Shown: one piece after another, positions 17,436 through 25,595 of the stretch
Position numbering within the stretch: the stretch's first letter is position 1
Layout: the number at the start of each line of letters is the position of its first letter
Origin: a virus
Lineage: Duplodnaviria; Heunggongvirae; Uroviricota; Caudoviricetes
Virus record (IMG/VR): IMGVR_UViG_2671180294_000014
Reading direction: 5' to 3' (one strand)
Length of the DNA stretch: 33,339 bases
Program-made: the position numbers and the translations under genes
Notes under the pieces: generated by a model
Databases searched by the model: none
The model's input: only the letters and a program-made list of their open reading frames with translations
Told to the model about the DNA's origin: nothing

Positions 17436-17865
17436 TGCCGTCACGGTGCTGAAAACAAGCCCCGAGATGCTGCGGATATTCGTGGATAACGGGAGTATTG
17501 CCTCCACACTGGCGACGTCGCTGTCATTCGAAAAGCGTTACACGCTCAACGTGATTGTGACCGACTTTACCGGTGATTTTGACCTGCTCATCGTGCCGGT
17601 GCTGGCGTGGCTGCGGGAAAATCAGCCCGACATCATGACCACCGACGAAGGCCAGAAAAAGGGCTTCACGTTTTATGCAGACATCAACAATGACAGCAGC
17701 TTTGATATCAGCATCAGCCTGATGCTGACCGAGCGCACGCTGGTCAGTGAGGTGGACGGCGCGCTGCATGTGAAGAATATCCCGGAACCTCCGCCGCCGG
17801 AGCCGGTCACCCGCCCGATGGAGCTTTATATCAATGGCGAACTGGTGAGTAAGTGGGATGAATGA
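17398..17865 (+). CDS. R: Tail completion protein R, 155 aa
   Basis: Length and position match P2 gpR. Confidence 0.88.
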   Translation: MLKPDSLRRALTDAVTVLKTSPEMLRIFVDNGSIASTLATSLSFEKRYTLNVIVTDFTGDFDLLIVPVLAWLRENQPDIMTTDEGQKKGFTFYADINNDSSFDISISLMLTERTLVSEVDGALHVKNIPEPPPPEPVTRPMELYINGELVSKWDE

Positions 17866-18310
17866 GTTTAAGCGTTTTGAAGACAGGCTGACCGGACTTA
17901 TTGAGTCGCTGTCACCGTCAGGGCGTCGGCGACTGAGCGCCGAACTGGCGAAACGTCTGCGTCAGAGTCAGCAGCGTCGGGTGATGGCACAGAAAGCCCC
18001 GGACGGCACACCCTACGCACCACGCCAGCAGCAGAGCGCCAGAAAAAAGACCGGTCGCGTTAAGCGAAAAATGTTTGCGAAACTTATCACCAGTCGTTTT
18101 TTGCATATCCGCGCCAGCCCTGAACAGGCATCAATGGAGTTTTACGGCGGGAAGTCACCGAAAATAGCCAGTGTGCATCAGTTCGGTCTGTCGGAAGAAA
18201 CCCGGAAAGACGGTAAGAAAATTCATTATCCGGCGCGTCCCCTGCTCGGCTTTACCGGTGAGGATGTGCAGATGATTGAAGAGATTATCCTGGCTCACCT
18301 CGACCGTTAG
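17858..18310 (+). CDS. S: Tail completion protein S, 150 aa
   Basis: Length and position match P2 gpS. Confidence 0.88.
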   Translation: MNEFKRFEDRLTGLIESLSPSGRRRLSAELAKRLRQSQQRRVMAQKAPDGTPYAPRQQQSARKKTGRVKRKMFAKLITSRFLHIRASPEQASMEFYGGKSPKIASVHQFGLSEETRKDGKKIHYPARPLLGFTGEDVQMIEEIILAHLDR

Positions 18311-18311
18311 T

Positions 18312-18329
18312 TGTGCCATTCCTGACACC
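18312..18329. promoter_or_regulatory. Candidate Ogr-type late promoter element (TGT-N12-ACC, or TGT-N10-ACA) upstream of V
   Basis: TTGTGCCATTCCTGACACC lies about 50 bp before the V start. P2 late promoters carry TGT-N12-ACA near -55. Confidence 0.35.
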
Positions 18330-18376
18330 TCATCGTCACATTGCCGCCGGTATGACCCGGCGGCATCCTTCCCGTT

Positions 18377-19012
18377 ATGAACACTCTCGCAAATATTCAG
18401 GAACTCGCGCGCGCACTGCGCAACATGATCCGCACCGGCATTATCGTCGAAACCGACCTTAATGCCGGTCGCTGCCGTGTGCAGACCGGCGGCATGTGCA
18501 CCGACTGGCTTCAGTGGCTGACCCATCGCGCCGGACGTTCGCGCACATGGTGGGCACCTTCCGTGGGGGAACAGGTGCTGATTCTGGCCGTAGGCGGTGA
18601 ACTCGACACGGCGTTCGTTCTGCCGGGGATTTATTCCGGTGATAACCCCGCGCCGTCTGCGTCGGCGGATGCCCTGCATATCCGTTTCCCTGACGGGGCG
18701 GTGATTGAGTATGAACCTGAAACCAGTGCACTCACGGTAAGCGGAATTAAAACGGCCAGCGTGACGGCTTCTGATTCTGTTACTGCCACGGTGCCGGTGG
18801 TCACGGTGAAAGCATCAACCCGCGTCACTCTGGACACGCCGGAGGTGGTCTGCACAAACAAGCTGATCACTGGCACGCTGGAAGTGCAGAAGGGCGGGAC
18901 GATGCGCGGCAACATTGAACACACCGGCGGTGAACTCTCATCAAACGGGAAGGTACTGCATACCCATAAACACCCCGGCGACAGCGGCGGCACAACCGGG
19001 AGTCCTCTATGA
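18377..19012 (+). CDS. V: Baseplate spike protein V, 211 aa
   Basis: Length matches P2 gpV. Confidence 0.9.
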   Translation: MNTLANIQELARALRNMIRTGIIVETDLNAGRCRVQTGGMCTDWLQWLTHRAGRSRTWWAPSVGEQVLILAVGGELDTAFVLPGIYSGDNPAPSASADALHIRFPDGAVIEYEPETSALTVSGIKTASVTASDSVTATVPVVTVKASTRVTLDTPEVVCTNKLITGTLEVQKGGTMRGNIEHTGGELSSNGKVLHTHKHPGDSGGTTGSPL

Positions 19013-19356
19013 CAGCGCGTTATCTCGGAATGAATCGCAGTGATGGCCTGACTGTCTCTGACCTTGAGCATATCAGCCAGAGTATCGGCGATATCCTGCG
19101 CACGCCGGTCGGCTCACGGGTGATGCGTCGTGATTACGGCTCGTTGCTGGCGTCAATGATTGACCAGCCGCAGACCCCGGCGCTTGAGTTGCAGATTAAG
19201 GTCGCCTGTTACATGGCCGTGCTGAAATGGGAAGCCCGCGTCACCCTGTCATCCGTCACCACGGCGCGCAGCTTTGACGGGCGAATGACGGTCACGTTAA
19301 CCGGCCAGCACAACGACACCGGCCAGCCACTTTCGTTAACCATCCCTGTGAGTTGA
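19009..19356 (+). CDS. W: Baseplate wedge protein W (gp25-like), 115 aa
   Basis: Length and position match P2 gpW. Confidence 0.9.
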   Translation: MTARYLGMNRSDGLTVSDLEHISQSIGDILRTPVGSRVMRRDYGSLLASMIDQPQTPALELQIKVACYMAVLKWEARVTLSSVTTARSFDGRMTVTLTGQHNDTGQPLSLTIPVS

Positions 19357-19360
19357 AACC

Positions 19361-20269
19361 ATGCCGATTATCGACCTGAACCAGCTACCCGCACCGGATG
19401 TGGTCGAGGAGCTGGACTTTGAAACCATTCTTGCCGAACGCAAGGCGACACTGATTTCCCTTTACCCGGAAGACCAGCAGGAGGCGGTCGCCCGTACCCT
19501 GACGCTGGAATCCGAGCCTCTCGTCAAACTGCTGGAGGAAAATGCTTATCGTGAGCTTATCTGGCGTCAGCGTGTGAATGAGGCCGCACGGGCGGTAATG
19601 CTGGCCTGTGCCGCCGGTAATGACCTTGATGTGATTGGTGCCAATTACAACACCACGCGCCTGATTATCACCCCGGCAGATGATTCGACCCTCCCGCCGA
19701 CACCGGCAGTGATGGAATCTGACACGGATTATCGTCTGCGTATTCAGCAGGCGTTTGAAGGTTTAAGCGTCGCCGGGTCGGTGGGGGCCTATCAGTATCA
19801 TGGTCGCAGTGCCGACGGGCGTGTCGCGGATATTTCTGTAACCAGTCCGTCTCCGGCCTGCGTCACCATCTCTGTGCTGTCACGTGAAAATAACGGTGTC
19901 GCATCCGAAGACCTGCTGGCGGTGGTGCGTAACGCCCTTAATGGTGAGGACGTCAGGCCGGTGGCCGACCGCGTGACCGTGCAGTCTGCCGCCATCGTTG
20001 AATACCAGATAAACGCCACGCTTTACCTTTACCCTGGTCCCGAAAGCGAACCCATACGCGCTGCTGCCGTGAAAAAACTGGAAGCGTACATCACGGCACA
20101 GCACCGGCTGGGGCGCGACATCCGTCTGTCTGCCATTTATGCCGCTTTGCATGTGGAAGGCGTGCAGCGTGTCGAACTGACTGCACCGCTGGCCGACATC
20201 GTGCTCAACAGTACGCAGGCGTCTTTCTGTACCGAATACCGCGTCGTGACCGGAGGCTCGGATGAGTGA
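19361..20269 (+). CDS. J: Baseplate protein J, 302 aa
   Basis: Length and position match P2 gpJ. Confidence 0.9.
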   Translation: MPIIDLNQLPAPDVVEELDFETILAERKATLISLYPEDQQEAVARTLTLESEPLVKLLEENAYRELIWRQRVNEAARAVMLACAAGNDLDVIGANYNTTRLIITPADDSTLPPTPAVMESDTDYRLRIQQAFEGLSVAGSVGAYQYHGRSADGRVADISVTSPSPACVTISVLSRENNGVASEDLLAVVRNALNGEDVRPVADRVTVQSAAIVEYQINATLYLYPGPESEPIRAAAVKKLEAYITAQHRLGRDIRLSAIYAALHVEGVQRVELTAPLADIVLNSTQASFCTEYRVVTGGSDE

Positions 20270-20792
20270 TTCGCGACTGCTGCCGACCGGCTCATCACCG
20301 CTTGAAGTTGCCGCCGCAAAAGCCTGTGCGGAAATTGAAAAAACGCCGGTCAGGATTCGTGAACTGTGGAACCCGGATACCTGTCCGGCAAATCTGCTGC
20401 CGTGGCTGGCGTGGGCGTTTTCGGTCGACAGGTGGGATGAAAAGTGGCCGGAAGCGACAAAACGCGCCGTTATCCGCGATGCCTATTTCATCCACTGTCA
20501 TAAAGGCACTATCGGCGCAATCCGGCGTGTGGTGGAGCCGCTCGGCTATCTCATCAACGTGACGGAGTGGTGGGAAAACAGTGACCCGCCCGGCACCTTC
20601 CGGCTTGATATTGGTGTACTGGAAAGCGGCATCACAGAGGCAATGTATCAGGAAATGGAACGGCTTATTGCTGATGCCAAACCTGCAAGCCGTCATCTTA
20701 TTGGCCTGAACATTACCCGGGACATTCCCGGCTACCTGTTCGCCGGTGGTGTGGCTTACGACGGCGATGTAATTACGGTTTACCCCGGATAA
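20262..20792 (+). CDS. I: Baseplate/tail protein I, 176 aa
   Basis: Length and position match P2 gpI. Confidence 0.9.
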   Translation: MSDSRLLPTGSSPLEVAAAKACAEIEKTPVRIRELWNPDTCPANLLPWLAWAFSVDRWDEKWPEATKRAVIRDAYFIHCHKGTIGAIRRVVEPLGYLINVTEWWENSDPPGTFRLDIGVLESGITEAMYQEMERLIADAKPASRHLIGLNITRDIPGYLFAGGVAYDGDVITVYPG

Positions 20793-20802
20793 GTGAGGAA
20801 TA

Positions 20803-23121
20803 ATGAGCACAAAATTCAGAACCGTTATCACCACTGCCGGTGCAGCAAAGCTGGCAGCGGCAACCGCACCGGGAGGGCGGAAGGTCAACATTACCACGAT
20901 GGCCGTCGGGGATGGCGGTGGTAAATTGCCTGTCCCGGATGCCGGACAGACCGGGCTTATCCACGAAGTCTGGCGACATACGCTGAACAAAATCAGCCAG
21001 GACAAACGAAACAGTAATTATATTATCGCAGAGCTGGTTATTCCGCCGGAGGTGGGCGGTTTCTGGATGCGTGAGCTTGGCCTGTACGATGATGCGGGAA
21101 CGTTAATTGCCGTGGCGAACATGGCCGAAAGTTATAAGCCAGCTCTTGCCGAAGGCTCAGGGCGTTCGCAGACCTGTCGCATGGTCATCATCGTCAGCAG
21201 TGTGGCCTCGGTGGAGCTGACCATTGACACCACAACGGTGATGGCGACACAGGATTACGTTGATGACAAAATTGCAGAGCACGAACAGTCACGACGTCAC
21301 CCGGACGCCTCGCTGACCGCAAAAGGTTTTACTCAGTTAAGCAGTGCGACCAACAGCACGTCTGAAACACTGGCCGCAACGCCGAAAGCGGTAAAGGCCG
21401 CCTATGACCTTGCTAACGGGAAATATACCGCACAGGACGCTACCACAGCTCGAAAAGGTCTTGTCCAGCTCAGTAGTGCCACCAACAGCACGTCTGAAAC
21501 GCTTGCGGCAACGCCAAAGGCGGTTAAGACAGCGTATGACCTTGCTAACGGGAAATACACTGCACAGGACGCCACTACAGCGCGAAAAGGTCTTGTCCAG
21601 CTCAGTAGCGCCACCAACAGCGATTCTGAAACGCTTGCGGCAACACCAAAGGCGGTTAAGACAGCGTATGACCTTGCTAACGGGAAATACACTGCACAGG
21701 ATGCCACCACAGCGCGAAAAGGTCTTGTCCAGCTAAGTAGTGCCATCAACAGCGATTCTGAAACGCTGGCCGCAACGCCAAAAGCAGTGAAGTCTGCCTA
21801 TGACAATGCTGAAAAACGTCTTCAGAAAGATCAGAACGGTGCGGATATTCCGGGAAAGGATACCTTCACGAAAAATATCGGTGCCTGTCGTGCTTATAGC
21901 GGCGCTTTGAGCACTGAAGCCGGAAACTGGACAACCGCTCAGTTTATTGAATGGCTGGATTCCCGTGGTGCATTTAATCATCCGTACTGGATGTGCAAAG
22001 GCTCCTGGTCATATGCAAATAACAAAATCATTACGGATACCGGATGTGGTGATATCCACCTGGCTGGTTGTGTCGTCGAGGTCATGGGAACTAAATCTGC
22101 AATCACTATCCGAGTGACCACGCCAACAACATCAAGCGGTGGCGGTACAACCAGCGCGCAATTCACTTACATAAATCATGGGGACGGCTACTCCCCCGGC
22201 TGGCGTCGTGACTGGAATCGTCAGGGCGACTCAATGACCGGAACGATTAATCAGGATGGCGGAAGCCAGAATGCCTATATGTCTACGGCCTTATGTTCAG
22301 GCACCAGAGGCGGCAAAAAATATCTCAGAAAGTTTCGTGGTGGAGAAGGAGATACTATCTGGCATGAAACAGTTCAGGGCGGGGTAATTCGCTGGGCGAC
22401 AGGAAACAATGACGCTCAGGAAGAATTATCACTCAGCTCCGCTTATGGTCTCCGTTCAAGAGGTGAAATTACATCACTCAGTGCTAATGGTCTGCGCATT
22501 GCTTATGGCAATTATGGATTCTTTATCAGGAATGATGGCGGCAGCACATATTTAATGCTGACGGCCTCTGGCGATAAATTTGGGACATGGAACGGCTTAA
22601 GACCGCTGACTATCAATAACGCCAATGGCGGAGTGTCAATGGGGCATGGCCTGAGTGTTACAGGTGATATTGTCTCAAGTACCAAAGTACGTGCCGGTAG
22701 CGGGAAAAAGTTCACGGTCAGCAGCAGCAATACATCCACGAAGGAAGCCGCATTCAATTTGTGGGGAAACTCAAGTCGTCCTGTGGTGGCTGAATTAGGT
22801 GATGATGCAGGCTGGCATTTTTACAGTCAGAGAAATACAGATAACAGCATCACTTTTGCTGTTAACGGGCAGGTATCACCATCTAACTATGGCAACTTTG
22901 ATTCACGCTATGTCCGGGATATCCGGCTTGGTGGTGCTGCCACATACAAACCTGCGAACAATGGTATGACATGGACACATCAGGCACCGTCCGGGTGTGT
23001 ATATTCCGGCATTATTGTTCAGGATACCGGCTCAAACTCTGCCGATAACATTGGTGGCGTATATTACAGACCGGTGCAGAAATACATTAACGGGACTTGG
23101 TATAACGTGGCACAGGTATAA
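20803..23121 (+). CDS. H: Tail fibre protein H, 772 aa, with an internal 44-aa tandem-repeat region and a divergent receptor-binding C-terminal part
   Basis: The N-terminal roughly 170 aa match P2 gpH. The protein is about 100 aa longer than P2 H (669 aa) because of the repeats. Confidence 0.9.
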   Translation: MSTKFRTVITTAGAAKLAAATAPGGRKVNITTMAVGDGGGKLPVPDAGQTGLIHEVWRHTLNKISQDKRNSNYIIAELVIPPEVGGFWMRELGLYDDAGTLIAVANMAESYKPALAEGSGRSQTCRMVIIVSSVASVELTIDTTTVMATQDYVDDKIAEHEQSRRHPDASLTAKGFTQLSSATNSTSETLAATPKAVKAAYDLANGKYTAQDATTARKGLVQLSSATNSTSETLAATPKAVKTAYDLANGKYTAQDATTARKGLVQLSSATNSDSETLAATPKAVKTAYDLANGKYTAQDATTARKGLVQLSSAINSDSETLAATPKAVKSAYDNAEKRLQKDQNGADIPGKDTFTKNIGACRAYSGALSTEAGNWTTAQFIEWLDSRGAFNHPYWMCKGSWSYANNKIITDTGCGDIHLAGCVVEVMGTKSAITIRVTTPTTSSGGGTTSAQFTYINHGDGYSPGWRRDWNRQGDSMTGTINQDGGSQNAYMSTALCSGTRGGKKYLRKFRGGEGDTIWHETVQGGVIRWATGNNDAQEELSLSSAYGLRSRGEITSLSANGLRIAYGNYGFFIRNDGGSTYLMLTASGDKFGTWNGLRPLTINNANGGVSMGHGLSVTGDIVSSTKVRAGSGKKFTVSSSNTSTKEAAFNLWGNSSRPVVAELGDDAGWHFYSQRNTDNSITFAVNGQVSPSNYGNFDSRYVRDIRLGGAATYKPANNGMTWTHQAPSGCVYSGIIVQDTGSNSADNIGGVYYRPVQKYINGTWYNVAQV
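21334..21800 (+). repeat. About 3.5 tandem copies of a 132-bp (44-aa) in-frame repeat inside H (unit QLSSATNSTSETLAATPKAVKAAYDLANGKYTAQDATTARKGLV)
   Basis: The unit starts at 21334, 21466, 21598 and 21730. Copies are more than 90% identical at the DNA level. Confidence 0.9.
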
Positions 23122-23124
23122 TTT

Positions 23125-23652
23125 ATGCAGCATTTGATAAATATAACGGCAGGTAATCCAAAAACGGTTGAACAATATCAATTGACAAAGGACTTTGATG
23201 TTGTCTGGTTTTTTTCAGAAGATGGTAAGAACTGGTACGAAGAACAAAAGTATTTTGCTGATGACACGATAAAAATAGCGTACGACAAAGATAATATTAT
23301 CCGCTATGTGGAAAAGGATGTGACAGCTATCAGACCGGATGGATTAAGTGTTGTTGAAGTGCCGGATATTACTGCTAACCGACGGGCGGACATTTCAGGG
23401 AACTGGATGTTTAAGGACTGTACAGTGATTAAACGAATTTATACGGCAGAGGAATTGCAGCAGCAGGCAGAAAATCGGAAAGCCAGACTTCTTGCAGATG
23501 CTGAATCCGTGATTTTGCCGCTGGAGCGCGCTGTCAGGCTGAATATGGCAACAGATGAGGAGCGCAGTCGACTGGAGGCATGGGAACGCTACAGTGTTCT
23601 GGTCAGTCGTGTGGATCCTGCAAATCCTGAATGGCCGGAAATGCCGCAATAA
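23125..23652 (+). CDS. G: Tail fibre assembly chaperone G, 175 aa
   Basis: Length and position match P2 gpG. Confidence 0.88.
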   Translation: MQHLINITAGNPKTVEQYQLTKDFDVVWFFSEDGKNWYEEQKYFADDTIKIAYDKDNIIRYVEKDVTAIRPDGLSVVEVPDITANRRADISGNWMFKDCTVIKRIYTAEELQQQAENRKARLLADAESVILPLERAVRLNMATDEERSRLEAWERYSVLVSRVDPANPEWPEMPQ

Positions 23653-23734
23653 GTTGTATGAGCTCTGGTGTGAGCTTACATATCTATGGCACAGAGTAAA
23701 GCCTAATCTGAGAGTCCGCTCTGTGCCAGAAGTA

Positions 23735-23762
23735 GACGCACAAGGTGGGCGTGTCTTTTTCT
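23735..23762 (+). terminator. Rho-independent terminator after the V-to-G operon (GACGCAC-aaggtgg-GCGTGTC followed by TTTTTCTT)
   Basis: Imperfect 7-bp stem followed by a T-run. Confidence 0.5.
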
Positions 23763-23766
23763 TAAG

Positions 23767-25185
23767 CTACATCGGGCTCTTATATGGGGAATGAGAGTTT
23801 TTGAAACGCGGTTCTTCATGCTTCGGACTGTAAATTCTTGCATGATTATCTATCACAACTTTACTTCCAAGAATATCTCGAGCTTCTCCTAACGACCACA
23901 CAGTAGAAAGATCATTAGTCAAATTTCGATAGAGAGCACGAAACCCCTTGGGTTTTTTAAGATCATATAAGAAATCAGGAACTTTAACTTTAAAATTAAA
24001 GGTCGGTAGTTTCGGAAGGGAATTAATAGCCGCAACAGTATTGTATACATGTACAAGCTTAGTTACAGGTACACCTTGTCTAGTCTTGAGCCCATACTTA
24101 GTTCGAATATAATCTGATTCTTTCGATACTTCAGTAAGCAATGCTCTTACTGACTTATTAGCTTGAGGCAATTCATTTTCATCAAACAAGCGCTTTATTT
24201 CTCGCATTTTCTCACGGGCCCTTACAAATTCGTTGTTGTCCCTTATGTTATAAGCAGCTTCAACAATACAACTTGGATCACCAGTTTCTTTTGCGAGCCA
24301 TGCCGAAAATAAAGGAAGCGAAGTTGCTGTTGCTACAGCTTTACCACCAGAATGAATATCAATGAGATCATGACTTAACGAAGTGGAAAAGTTTTCTACA
24401 ATATGTTTAGCATAGTCAAAACCATACTGACAGTTTTGGCTTAAATATGTCTGTTGATACGCCTGACGTAATGGATATAAAAAAGTATCTGCTTGAAGGT
24501 ACTTAGCTGTGAGAGAATAAAATACTGCCCGATTAGCCAGCCATACAAGCGAAGCCACGAATGCTTTGATTGCATCTGATGCTTCACCAGCAGATGTGCC
24601 ATCCCCCCATTTTGCTCCGGGAACTTTGTACCCCTTGCGAATAGGGTTGCCAAATCGATCGAGAAGTTCAACATCGCCATTTGTTCTATTACCAGACTCA
24701 GCAGCATCACGCAGTTCTGAAAAAATGGCAGCAGCAATGTTACCATATTTTTCAAACTCCTTACCTCCATCAGATAAGTTCTTCAGTGTTAGATGATAAA
24801 CACTTGAACTAATGTCCCATGTACATATGATATGTGTCTGAAGAAGTTCAATTAGTTTTTTAAAATCGTCATTAACAAATGTTCCACCACGAATTTTAGG
24901 TTTCAATGCATCAGATATTTTTTTTGCTTCACTTTCAATTTCATCCAACCCATATTGTGCTTTATCAAGAAATAATATCTCTCTGAAACTTGAAATCCTA
25001 CTCCCACGGTACTCTGGAATATAATCATCAACCGCGATAACGTGATCATAGAACAAAATAGACTGTATATAGTTCTCAAATGCTATTATGTCTGTATCTA
25101 CTGAGTCCTTCGATCTTGTTTTTACTTTCCCCTCGATTCTTTGGACTGCAGTTAGAGTTGAATTATCAATCAGTGCGTATGTCAT
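23767..25185 (-). CDS. Hypothetical 472-aa protein, AT-rich cargo at the P2 Z/fun hotspot position. No recognisable catalytic motif, and no Walker A.
   Basis: Long ORF on the strand opposite to the flanking late genes. It has its own promoter and Shine-Dalgarno (AAGGA 7 nt before the ATG). Its codon and GC usage are unlike the phage backbone. Confidence 0.8.
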   Translation of the reverse strand: MTYALIDNSTLTAVQRIEGKVKTRSKDSVDTDIIAFENYIQSILFYDHVIAVDDYIPEYRGSRISSFREILFLDKAQYGLDEIESEAKKISDALKPKIRGGTFVNDDFKKLIELLQTHIICTWDISSSVYHLTLKNLSDGGKEFEKYGNIAAAIFSELRDAAESGNRTNGDVELLDRFGNPIRKGYKVPGAKWGDGTSAGEASDAIKAFVASLVWLANRAVFYSLTAKYLQADTFLYPLRQAYQQTYLSQNCQYGFDYAKHIVENFSTSLSHDLIDIHSGGKAVATATSLPLFSAWLAKETGDPSCIVEAAYNIRDNNEFVRAREKMREIKRLFDENELPQANKSVRALLTEVSKESDYIRTKYGLKTRQGVPVTKLVHVYNTVAAINSLPKLPTFNFKVKVPDFLYDLKKPKGFRALYRNLTNDLSTVWSLGEARDILGSKVVIDNHARIYSPKHEEPRFKNSHSPYKSPM

Positions 25186-25213
25186 TTACATTCCTTAAAT
25201 AAAAAACATTAAT

Positions 25214-25238
25214 GGTTGCTCCAAAAATACTAGCAACC
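25214..25238. promoter_or_regulatory. Perfect 7-bp inverted repeat GGTTGCT-N11-AGCAACC spanning the -10 of that promoter (candidate operator)
   Basis: Read directly from the sequence. Confidence 0.35.
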
Positions 25239-25256
25239 TTATTTCAGTGAAGTCAA
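25227..25256 (-). promoter_or_regulatory. Sigma70-like promoter of the 472-aa gene: TTGACT (25256-25251), 18-nt spacer, TAGTAT (25232-25227), on the minus strand
   Basis: Good -35 and -10 hexamers with correct spacing, about 40 nt upstream of the start codon. Confidence 0.55.
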
Positions 25257-25473
25257 TTTTTTAACATTAATCATTTACACACGCTTGAAAAGTGATCGCT
25301 GAAAATGGCATTTACTACATTATCAAAGTTCCCATCGAAGATAATCGAAATTTTTCCCGGTAGCAGATATCGTGAGATTTAACGCTTTTCGCTCATAGCA
25401 GGCTGTCAGATTTGATAGCGTTTGGGCTATGTAAACTGTCAGTCGGAAAATGAGTGTGTACAAATCAGGACAT

Positions 25474-25500
25474 GCGGGCGAATTGCCCGCATTTTCTTTA
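25474..25500 (+). terminator. Stem-loop GCGGGC-gaatt-GCCCGC followed by ATTTTCTTT (terminator-like) inside the hotspot-2/FI intergenic region
   Basis: Six-bp GC stem plus a U-rich tail on the plus strand, immediately upstream of the FI late-promoter element. Confidence 0.35.
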
Positions 25501-25502
25501 TC

Positions 25503-25523
25503 TGTTGTTTCATCCACTGACCA
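25503..25523. promoter_or_regulatory. Late promoter PF activator-site candidate, TGTTGT-tTCA...ACCA (TGT-N12-CCA)
   Basis: Near-identical to the element at 12004-12024. It lies about 75 bp upstream of the FI start, which has a GGAG Shine-Dalgarno at 25584. Confidence 0.45.
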
Positions 25524-25595
25524 GCCAGGTCAAATAGCGTCTCATGCACTGCCCAACAGAAAATAGTTGCACCCATTAACCACGGAGTTAAACGG

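Noticed and set aside
21402-21749. 115-aa minus-strand ORF and 110-aa plus-strand out-of-frame ORF with internally repeated sequence
   Set aside because: They are artefacts of the 132-bp tandem repeats in tail-fibre gene H, where the same open frame recurs in every copy.
21334-21800. Possible CRISPR array
   Set aside because: The repeats are 132 bp, directly abutting with no spacers. They are in frame within a tail-fibre gene and encode a conserved peptide repeat, so this is not CRISPR.
23555-23794. 79-aa plus-strand ORF overlapping the end of G and the terminator
   Set aside because: It overlaps a well-supported gene and a terminator and has no ribosome-binding site, so it is likely spurious.
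23767-25185. Old-like (ATPase-TOPRIM) or Tin-like protein at the second hotspot
   Set aside because: There is no Walker A/P-loop (GxxxxGK[ST]) or TOPRIM-like acidic cluster, and the size does not fit Tin (about 250 aa) or Old (about 590 aa).
25323-25517. 64-aa minus-strand ORF in the hotspot-2/FI intergenic region
   Set aside because: It has no Shine-Dalgarno, it overlaps the late-promoter element and the hairpin, and its composition is typical of non-coding spacer.
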